Under the pieces are notes generated by a model. That model did no database searches and was not told the DNA's origin. It was given only the letters and a program-made list of their open reading frames with translations. Below are positions 40,376-50,298 of a DNA stretch of 64,000 nucleotides, piece after piece. The position numbers and the translations under genes are program-made. Source of the stretch: an uncultured archaeon (GTDB lineage: Archaea > Asgardarchaeota > Lokiarchaeia > Sigyniarchaeales > SOKP01); assembly GCA_964508365.1 (NCBI GenBank), contig CAZDTP010000006.1:32001-96000 (forward strand), written 5' to 3'. Each line of letters opens with the position of its first letter. The first letter of the stretch is position 1.

Positions 40376-41749
40376 TTATTTTAATTTTTTATCAATTTCG
40401 TCGATCTTTTTTTGAGTTGAAAGCAAATCACTTTTAAGTTGACTAGCGCGTTTCTCGAAAGAATTTTCTTCCATCTGTCCAGAATCATGCTTTTTTTCTA
40501 TGAAATCAAGTAAGTTTCGAACCGAATTGAGTTTACTTTCCAATGCTTTCTTTTCAGCTACTAAATCTCTCTTTTTAACTTTTCCAGAGACTTTTGCTAT
40601 TGGAACAGGTTTTAGTTTGTTTGTATCATCGATTTTAGGTAATCCAATGAAATCTCCTTCATCTTTAAATTTTAAAATTTCTGGCTTTGGTGGTAAATCT
40701 GTTAGAACATCATTACTTTCTAGTAATTTATCGAAACCATTAGATTTTGAGTCATCTGTATTTTCTTCTTCTATGCTTTTTGCATTTTCTGGGGGATTGC
40801 TATACTCTAAGATTACTTTTTCTGATGTTATAGTTGTTTTAATCAGTTTATCAATTGTGGTTTTAATCGTATCGATTTGATTTTGAAAAATTTTTAATAA
40901 TTCCACTAACTCGCTCTTTTTTGAAATTTTCATCGAAAAATCGATATCGACTTTTCTCTTTTCGCTCAATGACGATTGAGGTATTTCAGAAGTGTAATTC
41001 AATGGATCAACATCAGATGCTTGTTTTCTGGTAACTATCTCGGGGACCGCTCCACTCGTATGTAATTCCATTCGATAATCGGAGATCAACCATGAAAAGA
41101 TATTATATGCCAAATTTGGATGTTCGTCATTACTAAAGCCTCCTCCTACACGATCTCTAAATAATTCATAACTACCAATCGCACATAATCTTCCTTTATC
41201 GGGTTCAGAAACACAGACTAAAGCGGAAGAGAAAGGCTCCGAGGTTTCATTTGATGCAATTATTGAGATAGAATTACCTAAAACGCTGAGCGAACAGCCT
41301 GATCTATAACAAATTGAACTAATACTATTTGTAATTGGGTGTGGAGGCATGAAGGAAGTAATTATTGGCGTGTTTTCCATACCTAGATTATAAGTTTCAT
41401 CTAAAACTTGGTCGTTTTCAAAAACTATTCCAAATATTTGACTTAATTCACTTAAATTACTGTTTCTACCTCTATCTCCACCTGCGTGTGAAAGAAGTAA
41501 TAGTCCCCCACCATCATTTCTTACCCAATTATTAATTTCAGTTATTTCCATTGATGTAATTTTTGCAAAATCGGGACATACAAACACTAAGATATCAAAA
41601 GGTTTAAGGGAATTTTGATTAATTGGAGTTTCCAGAAAATTGTAGCACATAAAATCGTTTGCGTTTAAAAAATCTCGTAATTCTGTGAGATTCTCGTCGA
41701 TCTTACCTCTGGGTTTATGTGCTACATCAAAAGCGATTTTATAAGGCAT
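40376..41749 (-). CDS. GldG/IFT52-like (GIFT, GATase1-like) domain protein with coiled-coil tail
   Basis: IAFDVAH...L..FDILVFVCP...EI..WV..GGGLLLL..GRLCAIGS; low-complexity linker and coiled-coil C-terminus. Confidence 0.6.
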   Translation of the reverse strand: MPYKIAFDVAHKPRGKIDENLTELRDFLNANDFMCYNFLETPINQNSLKPFDILVFVCPDFAKITSMEITEINNWVRNDGGGLLLLSHAGGDRGRNSNLSELSQIFGIVFENDQVLDETYNLGMENTPIITSFMPPHPITNSISSICYRSGCSLSVLGNSISIIASNETSEPFSSALVCVSEPDKGRLCAIGSYELFRDRVGGGFSNDEHPNLAYNIFSWLISDYRMELHTSGAVPEIVTRKQASDVDPLNYTSEIPQSSLSEKRKVDIDFSMKISKKSELVELLKIFQNQIDTIKTTIDKLIKTTITSEKVILEYSNPPENAKSIEEENTDDSKSNGFDKLLESNDVLTDLPPKPEILKFKDEGDFIGLPKIDDTNKLKPVPIAKVSGKVKKRDLVAEKKALESKLNSVRNLLDFIEKKHDSGQMEENSFEKRASQLKSDLLSTQKKIDEIDKKLK

Positions 41750-41901
41750 GATATTTCATTTTACAATTTAATTTATTCAGTGAGATTTCAAATTCTTCTT
41801 ATAATTAATATGGATATTACTAAAAATATATTTTACGGGATTAAAAAATTTCTTAAAATAATCCAATTTTAATCGTTTTTAATCAGATAAAAAATGAGAA
41901 C

Positions 41902-42999
41902 TTAATAAATGCTTTTATCTCCTATTATTAAGTTATTTTTGCTAATATTTTCAACTATGACATTACTACCTATTATCGAATTTTCTGATATCACATTTTT
42001 CAGAGTAGTATCGCTTTCAACAACGCAATTCTCAAGGATGCAATTTTCTATCATAGAGTTAGCTCCAATTGAAACATACGGACCGATGACCGATGTTATA
42101 ATTGATGTGTTTTTACCAATGTAAACAGGATTTTTTATAAATGACTTCTCAGATAATATATTTAACTCAGAAAATACCTCCTTTTTTATAACCTGTTGTT
42201 CTAATAAATACTTATTACCAATTAATACTTCAGAAGGTCTTCCAAAATCTAAAATGCCTTTCTTTAAATTAACAGCAGCAATTTTAAATCCACTATCTAT
42301 TAAGTCTTGTAGACTTTCAGTTAAATAAATCTCTTTTGAATCATCTGTCCTTTTATCTAAATAGCCCTTTATTATGTCAAAAAGAGCGTTAGTAGCTGAA
42401 TTGGAAAAAGCGTAAATACCAGCAATTGCTAAATTAGAAACATAATCTTTAGGTTTTTCGATTAACTTTTGAATAAGTGAATTACTATCAGCGATGACAA
42501 TACCGTAGGAGCTTGCGTCTTCTTTTGGTACTTCCATAACAGTAATTATTCCATCCACATCAGATTCATAATATTTATACATTAAATAGGAGTATTCATC
42601 AATAGGTATCATATCAGCTAAAAAGATTAAGGACCCCTCACGTTTATCGACTTCTTTACTCGGACAGTTGAGTTCTTCGAATCTTGATCTAGCCAAATAT
42701 ACCGCTTCGCCCAAACCCCAGTAAAATGGTATATCATCGTTGTATCCTCGCGGTATTTGCTCTATAAAGGTCAATTTAAACTTATCATGATATTTTTGTT
42801 TAACAAATTCAGTGATTTGTCTTCTTTTATAACCTACAATTAAAATTAACTCTGTTTCTGAATCGAACGTATCGCCAAATTTATTTAGGATATGCTCTAG
42901 AACAGTTTTACCCGCTACATGTATGAAAGTTTTTGGTTTACTTAATGTAAAAGGTCGTAATCTCGAGCCAATTCCCGCACAAGGACCAATAATTTTCAT
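41902..42999 (-). CDS. sugar-1-phosphate nucleotidyltransferase with left-handed beta-helix tail
   Basis: CAGIGSRLRPFTLSKPK, GLGEAV, YGIV, EKP, AGIY, hexapeptide repeats. Confidence 0.9.
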   Translation of the reverse strand: MKIIGPCAGIGSRLRPFTLSKPKTFIHVAGKTVLEHILNKFGDTFDSETELILIVGYKRRQITEFVKQKYHDKFKLTFIEQIPRGYNDDIPFYWGLGEAVYLARSRFEELNCPSKEVDKREGSLIFLADMIPIDEYSYLMYKYYESDVDGIITVMEVPKEDASSYGIVIADSNSLIQKLIEKPKDYVSNLAIAGIYAFSNSATNALFDIIKGYLDKRTDDSKEIYLTESLQDLIDSGFKIAAVNLKKGILDFGRPSEVLIGNKYLLEQQVIKKEVFSELNILSEKSFIKNPVYIGKNTSIITSVIGPYVSIGANSMIENCILENCVVESDTTLKNVISENSIIGSNVIVENISKNNLIIGDKSIY

Positions 43000-43053
43000 A
43001 TTTTAGCTTCCTTCAATATTCTATAATTTTTTTAGATAATTAAATAAAGCATA

Positions 43054-43846
43054 TCAATAAAACTTTGACTTATCTGAATCGAAGATTCTCTGAAGATATC
43101 CAAATAAGTAATCTAAACCCTGATCTTCTTTAATAGAGCAAGATATTAACTCAGATGTGGAACCTAATTGACTGAACACTTCTGATATTAGCATAGATAA
43201 CTCTCTTATTAAACCACTTTCTCTTTCATTTGTTGAATCCTCTAACGCTTTAAAGTCTTGGCTCCAATTAACTACCATCTCAATTTGATCTTCACTTAAT
43301 AAATCCGCTTTAGACAATACATTAATCTGGGGAATATTCCTAAACCTAAATTGCACAGAAGCAGCTAAAAGTAATGTTGAAATGAAGCCATTTGGTCTCA
43401 TTACAAGATTTGAATCAAATAAGAAAGAAACAGCCCTTTGAATTGATCCAAAACCTAACGAACTTGCTATTAAAGGCCCAGTCTCTCTAAAAGCAAATAA
43501 TTCAAGTTGTCCTGCAGTGTCCACAAATACCCAATCTGGATTGTATTCATCGATTTCATACTTCAAATCGTCTAAGAAGTTAACCATTAAATCAGATGCT
43601 AAAATCATCGCACCATTCGGCCCTAATCCGTACTCTGTCATCACTTCTTCAAGAACTATAAAATCTCTGATGTCAATATCAGGTGTATAAGGCATAAATC
43701 TCACACCAGGATCAAGGTTTAGCGTGATTGCTGAGATTTCTGGGTCTCTTTCAGTTACATAATCCCGTAACAATCCCGTAAGAGAGCTTTTCCCACTACC
43801 AGCGGTACCGATAAAATAATTTAATAAAATTTTTTTGTCTCACCAT
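43054..43846 (-). CDS. GPN-loop GTPase; 5' end out of frame at an A7 run
   Basis: GTAGSGKS P-loop (upstream of the ORF-track start), NLDPG, GLGPNGA, DTAGQLELF, SKAD. ATG 43846 joins the frame only if one A of the 43830-43836 run is removed. Confidence 0.85.
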
Positions 43847-43977
43847 TGAGTTTTGTATCCTCATTTATAACTTAATTGTTGAAATTAATTAAAGATTTAT
43901 AATGAAACGAGCAAAAACTCAGATATTTAAAACTTTTAGGATATTTAACGATATCAGAATTGAATAGGGATATTAAT

Positions 43978-44958
43978 TTAATTAGGTGCCTTAAGTTCTT
44001 CTAGGTTAACTTCTTGTTCTTGTTGTCGTTTAAACCTTTTAATTTGGTTTTCAATTGCTTTCTCTTCCCTCTTCATTAGCTCCTCGTCATTCAATGTGAT
44101 AGCTTTGAGCTCCTCTTCTCCCATTGGTTTTAAAAAATCTTTAATACTAAAACCATTGTTTTTTTCGGTCGTTTCCTTGAATTTAGCTTTCATTTCTTTT
44201 ATTACTAATAATTTTGCCGAAGAACCTCTATTCTGAATAAGAGAGGGGAGATCTGTTTCTATTATCCTTTCAATACCCGGTCCCGGGATTCTTTGCGGTA
44301 TTCTTACGGGTGGTCCAGAAAGTATCGGATTAACGGGTAAATTTTGTAGTGTTAATGAGAGATTTTTTAAATGTTGTTCTATGCTCTTTAAGGTTTTATT
44401 ATTCTCATCAATCAATGAAAGTAAAGAATTATCGACTGAAATGTTTTCAATACTTTTTTTCTCGTAGATTGTCGTTCTCTCCTCAGTATTCTGATTAAAA
44501 TCTGTTTTTACTGCTTGGATTACTCTTTCTTGAGTTACCTTTGTTCTTTTATTTTTGCTCCCATGTAAATCTATGTATTCAAAACCGTCATAACAGTCAT
44601 CGTTAACCCAAATATCGGAGATGTTAAATTTTTCCGTAAAAGTATACTCAACTTTATGACCGGAGTTTAAGAAAAAAGTTAGTTTTAAAACCTTGATTTG
44701 GATGTCCATAAAACCTTGAATCTCATCTAATTCTATTGAAAATCCTAACCGATTCGTGGCATGGTAAAACTTTTTTATTGAAATTAGAGTTGGGGATTGT
44801 TTATAATAAATTTCGTGTTTAACAATCTTAGACATTTCAAATTGAAAATTCAAGCGATTAATTTTTTCTGGAAGAAATAGAACTTGTTCTTCATCGTTCT
44901 TTTCAAATTCTAAGAAAAGATTCTTTTGATCGTCCCAAAATACTTGGAACAATTCCAT
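43978..44958 (-). CDS. hypothetical protein (beta-rich N-terminus, coiled coil, Pro-rich segment)
   Basis: 326-aa ATG ORF; no family recognised. Confidence 0.7.
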   Translation of the reverse strand: MELFQVFWDDQKNLFLEFEKNDEEQVLFLPEKINRLNFQFEMSKIVKHEIYYKQSPTLISIKKFYHATNRLGFSIELDEIQGFMDIQIKVLKLTFFLNSGHKVEYTFTEKFNISDIWVNDDCYDGFEYIDLHGSKNKRTKVTQERVIQAVKTDFNQNTEERTTIYEKKSIENISVDNSLLSLIDENNKTLKSIEQHLKNLSLTLQNLPVNPILSGPPVRIPQRIPGPGIERIIETDLPSLIQNRGSSAKLLVIKEMKAKFKETTEKNNGFSIKDFLKPMGEEELKAITLNDEELMKREEKAIENQIKRFKRQQEQEVNLEELKAPN

Positions 44959-45120
44959 TTTGGTTATAACCCGTTTAAATTATCGTTAAATTTTCAAATC
45001 AAATTGATTATGTTTAGATTCTATTCCAAACTTTAAAAGAACACGAGTTTACAAAATTATTGATTTACAAGTGTATTTCACGTTAGTTTATGGATATCTT
45101 CTAAATAAGAAAAGTTTCAA

Positions 45121-45504
45121 TCAATGTTCTTTAAGATTTGTTAGATAATACACAGGTTTTTTAAGAATCTTACTAAAATAATTGATCTCTTCTCTTGATT
45201 GTTCACCTATATAGTTCTCAACATCTAAGACTAATATTACCTCTTGATCGATTAACTTTCTTAGAGCAATTTCTTGTAATTTATCCCATTCATTATTGTT
45301 AAATTTTTCTTTGTTTAATAACCCATCTACAGAGCAGATTGATACTAGTTTTTTATATTTAATTTGTAAAATCGATTCGATTTTGATGAAATAATCTTTA
45401 AATCGAATTGAACCAACTAAAAAGATTTTAGTTTCCTTGATCCTCGAAAAATCATAATCACGGAATTCGTCCAAGAAATTCTTATTTAACCTTTCTTTCT
45501 CCAT
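45121..45504 (-). CDS. hypothetical protein, DUF4406/NDT-like
   Basis: IFLVGSIRF...ILVLDVENYIGEQSREEINY...KPVYY pattern. Confidence 0.5.
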   Translation of the reverse strand: MEKERLNKNFLDEFRDYDFSRIKETKIFLVGSIRFKDYFIKIESILQIKYKKLVSICSVDGLLNKEKFNNNEWDKLQEIALRKLIDQEVILVLDVENYIGEQSREEINYFSKILKKPVYYLTNLKEH

Positions 45505-45542
45505 AGTAATTGTAATAATACTAGTTCATATTTAATTTTCAC

Positions 45543-46340
45543 ATGAAGTTAGATACAGTCTATTTCGCTGAAAATTTAGACTTTATGCAAAAAATGAATC
45601 CAGATTTTATCGATCTTATTTATATAGATCCACCATTTTATAGTGGGGTCGATTATAAAGATTTTTCTGATATATGGGGGTCGATTGATGAATATTTAGA
45701 TTTTATGAATTCACGGATTAAGGAAATGCATCGAATCCTTAAGAAAACTGGAACTTTTTATTTACATTGCGATTCAAATGCAATTTTTGACTTAAAACCG
45801 ATATGCGATAAATTTTTTGGGAAAAAAAATTTTCGAAGAGAGGTTATTTGGAATGTAGGAAGTGTTTCAGGATTCAAAAGCCAAATAAAAGGATGGGTAC
45901 GTCAGCACGATACGATACTATATTACACGAAATCTGACTCTTTCACATTTAATAAACAATATTTGCCATATAAAGAGGACTATATTAAAAAAATGTTTAG
46001 ATATAAAGATGAGAAAGGACGCATCTATCGAAAACGAAGAGGAGGTAAGCAATACTTAGATGAAAGCCTTGGTACACTAGTAGGCGATGTCTGGAACGAT
46101 ATATATTCATTTCAGACGATCACAAGATCTAAAGAATATCTCGGTTATCCTACACAAAAACCGGAAAAACTTCTGAGAAGAATAATTTTATCCTCCTCCA
46201 ATGAAGGAGATATTATTGCTGATTTTTTCTGTGGATCTGGAACGACTATAGCTGTTGCTAAAAGGTTAGGTAGGAAATGGATTGGTGTGGATAATAATCC
46301 TAACGCTGTTGAATTGTGTAAAAAAAGGTTAGATTTTTAA
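45543..46340 (+). CDS. site-specific DNA methyltransferase (N4-C/N6-A, beta class)
   Basis: IYIDPPF motif IV before DFFCGSGT motif I; YPTQKPE. Confidence 0.9.
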   Translation: MKLDTVYFAENLDFMQKMNPDFIDLIYIDPPFYSGVDYKDFSDIWGSIDEYLDFMNSRIKEMHRILKKTGTFYLHCDSNAIFDLKPICDKFFGKKNFRREVIWNVGSVSGFKSQIKGWVRQHDTILYYTKSDSFTFNKQYLPYKEDYIKKMFRYKDEKGRIYRKRRGGKQYLDESLGTLVGDVWNDIYSFQTITRSKEYLGYPTQKPEKLLRRIILSSSNEGDIIADFFCGSGTTIAVAKRLGRKWIGVDNNPNAVELCKKRLDF

Positions 46341-46372
46341 TAAATAATCCAAAGCAAAAAAATGTTCAAAAT

Positions 46373-46765
46373 CTACTTTTTAAACACGATTTTGTCAATA
46401 CCAATCCATTCTTTAGCTTCCTCGATGTTAGATACAATTTTTCTTTTAGAGGATTGAGCATGATCTAAGAGATATTTAATTTCTTCATTTAAAGGTGGGT
46501 TTTTTTTAATTATGAAAGCAGATCTAAAAAGTCTTTCATTATTTCTCTTTAAGAGTTCTAAGATAATTTCAATTGAAGCTATGCTTAAAAGAATAGCATC
46601 GGTAATATCGACGATTATGCTCAAATTTTCGTTGATATCTTTTGTTAATACTTTAAATTCTTCTATAAATCTCTCTGCTACTGGTGGAGGTAAAGTACCA
46701 GTTACCTTTATATAGAAACAACTGTCGTTAATTTTTTCAAATTGATACATAATAATTTGAACCAT
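46373..46765 (-). CDS. STAS/SpoIIAA-like hypothetical protein
   Basis: IIVDITD...SAFII...RKIVSNIEEAKEWI pattern. Confidence 0.5.
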   Translation of the reverse strand: MVQIIMYQFEKINDSCFYIKVTGTLPPPVAERFIEEFKVLTKDINENLSIIVDITDAILLSIASIEIILELLKRNNERLFRSAFIIKKNPPLNEEIKYLLDHAQSSKRKIVSNIEEAKEWIGIDKIVFKK

Positions 46766-47081
46766 TCAGTTTTAAATTAATTTTAAACACTTTACTCATA
46801 TTAACTTTTTTATTTCAAGGTGAATTAGTATCATTTCTTGGAGGACAAACGATTTAGGCTTTAATCTATATAAAAATTTAATGACAAGCAAGGAAAAAAT
46901 ATTAGAAAACACTCCCACATAGGAAAAATCTTCAAGGATTAATCAAAATCTCTTTCAAAATTAACACTGGAAAAATTACTATATTAATACTGATATATCA
47001 TTAAAAAAGAATTTTTCATTTCTAAATATACTAATTAAATGAGATTAGAATTATTTCAATTAAAAAAATAGGGATAATTAA

Positions 47082-47540
47082 ATGACTTTTAAATGTGAGA
47101 TAATTGAACGCGAAGCTCAACATACCCTATCTGTAAGAACTACTAGCGCAGTCCAGAATTTGCCTGAAGTATTAGGAAAGAACTACGGAGCAATAATGCA
47201 ATATCTAGGCCAACTGAATAAACAAATGAGCGGTCCTCCATTTGTAGCTTACTACAATATGGATATGCAAAATTTGGAAATAGAGATTGGAATTCCTGTT
47301 TCTAATAAATTATCTGATAAAGATGAAATTAAAGCAAGTGAAATACCCTTCGGAAAATTTGCATCTTGTCTTTACATTGGACCCTATAGTGAAATTAGAC
47401 CTGCTTATGAGTCATTAACAAAATATATTGAGGAACAAGGATATGAAGCAGCGGGGTATGTTTATGAATTGTATCTAAACGATCCTTCTGAAGTACAACC
47501 CGAAAAACTTCAAACAGAAATACTTTTTCTACTCAAATAG
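47082..47540 (+). CDS. GyrI-like small-molecule-binding protein
   Basis: GPPFVAYY, EIGIPV, YIGPYSEI..AY, YELYLNDP..LQTEI. Confidence 0.87.
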   Translation: MTFKCEIIEREAQHTLSVRTTSAVQNLPEVLGKNYGAIMQYLGQLNKQMSGPPFVAYYNMDMQNLEIEIGIPVSNKLSDKDEIKASEIPFGKFASCLYIGPYSEIRPAYESLTKYIEEQGYEAAGYVYELYLNDPSEVQPEKLQTEILFLLK

Positions 47541-47553
47541 AATTAATAAATTA

Positions 47554-48426
47554 TCATTTTCCTTTTTTATTCTTCCATTCTCTGTAAGAATGCAATAATT
47601 TTTTTACTTCTTCTCGTTCTATATTATCTTTTGCGAATTGTTTTTCTTCTCCTTCGATTGGATTCATACCTAAAAATAAAACATAGAGCTTTTCAAGTTT
47701 TTCCAAACTTTCAAAATTCTTTAAACTCTTTAATTGGTTTGTATCAAGGTATAAAGTTTCTAGATTTACTAACGATTCCAAATTTTTGATCTCTGTTATT
47801 TTATTACTGTTAAGGTACAGAACAGTAAGTTTAGTCAATGTATCTAAGCCCTTGATCTCTGTGATTTGGTTGTAAGCAAGAAACAAGCGCTCTAGATTAG
47901 TTAAAGCTTCCAAATTTTTGACTTCTGATATTTGGTTTCGATTGAGCTGCAGAACCACGAGATTAGATAATTTTTCTAAGTTTTGTATTTCCTTTATTTG
48001 GTTCCCAACAAGTTCCAATCGTATAAGATTAGTTAATGATTCAAGTCCCTTAATTTCAGCGATCATATTATTATTAATCTCAAGCCATTGAAGATTAGAT
48101 AAAGCATCGAGTCCTTTCAGCTCAAGAATCTGATTTCCATTAAGGAAGATACGGTCAAGCTTGGTCAAGGGTTCTAAGCCCTCAATTACTGTGATTTGAT
48201 TATTGCTAAGAAATAGTTGTTGAAGATTTGTTAGCTCTTCCAAACCTCTGAGTTTTGCTATTTTATTGTTTGCAAGGTCTAAAGCAGTTACATTTTTTAA
48301 CTTCTCAAGTCCTTTTAGCTCTGTGATATCGATAATATCCATGTAATTTATTGTTAATCTAAAATGACCGAGTTCTTCTCTTACGTTAAATTTTTTACCT
48401 TTAACCTTTACCGATCCAAGCCCCAT
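47554..48426 (-). CDS. leucine-rich repeat protein (SDS22/internalin-type)
   Basis: About nine 22-aa repeats of the form LxxLxLxxNQIxEIKxLExLxN. Confidence 0.92.
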   Translation of the reverse strand: MGLGSVKVKGKKFNVREELGHFRLTINYMDIIDITELKGLEKLKNVTALDLANNKIAKLRGLEELTNLQQLFLSNNQITVIEGLEPLTKLDRIFLNGNQILELKGLDALSNLQWLEINNNMIAEIKGLESLTNLIRLELVGNQIKEIQNLEKLSNLVVLQLNRNQISEVKNLEALTNLERLFLAYNQITEIKGLDTLTKLTVLYLNSNKITEIKNLESLVNLETLYLDTNQLKSLKNFESLEKLEKLYVLFLGMNPIEGEEKQFAKDNIEREEVKKLLHSYREWKNKKGK

Positions 48427-48548
48427 TATATTCCATCAAAATTAGTTCATATACTTATCTTTAAATTATGCTCTGAAAATATAAAAAATTTCTCATTTTT
48501 CTTTTTTTTTTGGCGAAAATTTTTTTGAAGCAAAGATTTAAATATTAA

Positions 48549-48592
48549 AACGTCCATCCATATATTGGACGTCAATAATAACGATGGACGTT
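48549..48592. promoter_or_regulatory. inverted-repeat operator-like site between divergent genes
   Basis: AACGTCCATC (48549-48558) and GATGGACGTT (48583-48592) form a perfect 10-bp inverted repeat; a third TGGACGT half-site lies at 48566-48572. Confidence 0.55.
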
Positions 48593-48626
48593 ATTTATTT
48601 AGTTTTAAAAAAAGAGGAGGGAAAAA

Positions 48627-49469
48627 ATGAATTCCAAAATAATATTTCTTAGAGATAAGCAAATGAATGATTTAAAGAACTTTTTTAAGAAAATAGAATT
48701 TTCTACCGAGAACGTATCTAAAGAGTTTAATATTGAAGAAATTTCCTCTCAAATAAGTGAGAAATATGAAAAAACGATTAGTCCAGGGCAAGCAGAAGCA
48801 GTCCTGCGTCGAGTTATGGGAATTACTCTTTCAAGTAAAGAGCGTAGCCAATTATACGATTTACGGAAAAAAATCCAAAGATATGAAAAGTTTTTAACTA
48901 ATTTTACAGAATGGGGAGTAAAATATGATCATTTGCTAAAAATGATAATTCTTGGTCTAACAGAAGAACAATCTGATTATCTTCCACATGTTTTTAATAA
49001 ACTGAACCTAGTTCCTGAGAGGGATGTAATTGGTGTTAATTTTTTCACAAAGTTAACTGAAAATTTCGATAAAACCTTAACAAGACTACAAATCTGGGAT
49101 GTTACAAGTAGCAACCGATTTGCCACTATAAGACCCCAATACTATAGAGGTGCAGCAGCAGCAATTCTAGTGTTTAACAAAGAAAATCGTGACTCTTTCG
49201 ATATGATTAAAAAATATTATAATGAATTTAATGAAATCACGGGGTTAAAATTTAAACTTAAACTTAAAAGTAGAGTTCTGAAGGAGATTTCTATACCCAT
49301 AGCACTTGTGGGTATAGGAAGTAATTTAGTCATACCATATGAAGAAATTTTATCTCTTACTAAAGACATAGGAGCCAATTATTTTGAAATAGGAAATATA
49401 GAAGATGACCGCTTTCAAGAAACGCTCGATCTTATTGCCACTCAAATATTAGTAAAACTTCAAGAATAA
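48627..49469 (+). CDS. degenerate Rab-like GTPase-fold protein with N-terminal extension
   Basis: RabF-like IGVNF, RLQIWD, RFATIR, YYRGA and LVF are retained; G1, G3 and G4 nucleotide motifs are lost. Confidence 0.75.
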   Translation: MNSKIIFLRDKQMNDLKNFFKKIEFSTENVSKEFNIEEISSQISEKYEKTISPGQAEAVLRRVMGITLSSKERSQLYDLRKKIQRYEKFLTNFTEWGVKYDHLLKMIILGLTEEQSDYLPHVFNKLNLVPERDVIGVNFFTKLTENFDKTLTRLQIWDVTSSNRFATIRPQYYRGAAAAILVFNKENRDSFDMIKKYYNEFNEITGLKFKLKLKSRVLKEISIPIALVGIGSNLVIPYEEILSLTKDIGANYFEIGNIEDDRFQETLDLIATQILVKLQE

Positions 49470-49632
49470 ATATATTTTTATTTTATTTTTTGTATTTAAA
49501 GCAAGCTAAGCCATATCTATAATAGAATTATGAAAATATTCCATTTTCCTACTGCTTGGTTCATTTGAGATATCATTTTTCACTTACTTTTGAAAAATTA
49601 GTATAATATATAATTTTAGTTATGTAAAAAAA

Positions 49633-50298
49633 TTAGGTTAATATTTGTTTATTTTGGGGTGGTTGTATTTTTTCTCTTTCAGCCAGTTTCTCAGAAAGTT
49701 GATTTCTCAGGTTTGAAAGCTTCAAAGCCTCTTTATCTATATCATTAGTTCTAGTAATTAACTTACTATTAATTTTGATCAATTTTTTTTCTTGTTTACT
49801 AATATCTTCTTTTATCCTATTTACTTTCTCTTCAGTTAGAGGCTTTCGCTTTAAGTTAATATATTTGTATTGAATTTTTGAAAGTTTACTTCGTTCTTTA
49901 GCAAGAAGAAATTTATCTCCAACCAAATCTAATTTTTCTTCTGCGATTTCTCTTTCTATTTTAGCGATTTTCCTATGAATCTCTGCTATATAAATTTGAA
50001 CTTCTGCTCTCTTTTCCATATATTTAGCATGATCTAATTCTATCTTTAAACCAGCCTCAGAGAGTTTTAGAATTTCTTTTACTTCTTGTTTATCTTGTAT
50101 ATATTTCCTTGTTTTCTCTGTTAAGCTTTCTTTAGTTTTTACTAAATCAAAATCTGTTTTAGCCAATGCTTCACGAGCTTTTGCTCTATCCAATTCTTGG
50201 TTTGCAGCTTTTTTAGATTCTTGGGCTAACAACTTTTCATGATTGGCGATTTTGAGGTTATAATCTGCAATTTTCTCTATATTGGGTATATCTTCCAT
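49633..50298 (-). CDS. coiled-coil hypothetical protein
   Basis: Entirely charged helical heptads. Confidence 0.7.
   Translation of the reverse strand: MEDIPNIEKIADYNLKIANHEKLLAQESKKAANQELDRAKAREALAKTDFDLVKTKESLTEKTRKYIQDKQEVKEILKLSEAGLKIELDHAKYMEKRAEVQIYIAEIHRKIAKIEREIAEEKLDLVGDKFLLAKERSKLSKIQYKYINLKRKPLTEEKVNRIKEDISKQEKKLIKINSKLITRTNDIDKEALKLSNLRNQLSEKLAEREKIQPPQNKQILT

Noticed and set aside
43840-43842. In-frame TGA upstream of the GPN GTPase P-loop as a possible Sec codon
   Set aside because: It is not at a catalytic Cys position, there is no upstream start in that frame, and no SECIS-like hairpin was seen after the gene.
47600-48330. Periodic nucleotide repeats resembling an array
   Set aside because: They are explained by the 22-aa LRR coding repeats and have no spacer structure, so this is not CRISPR.
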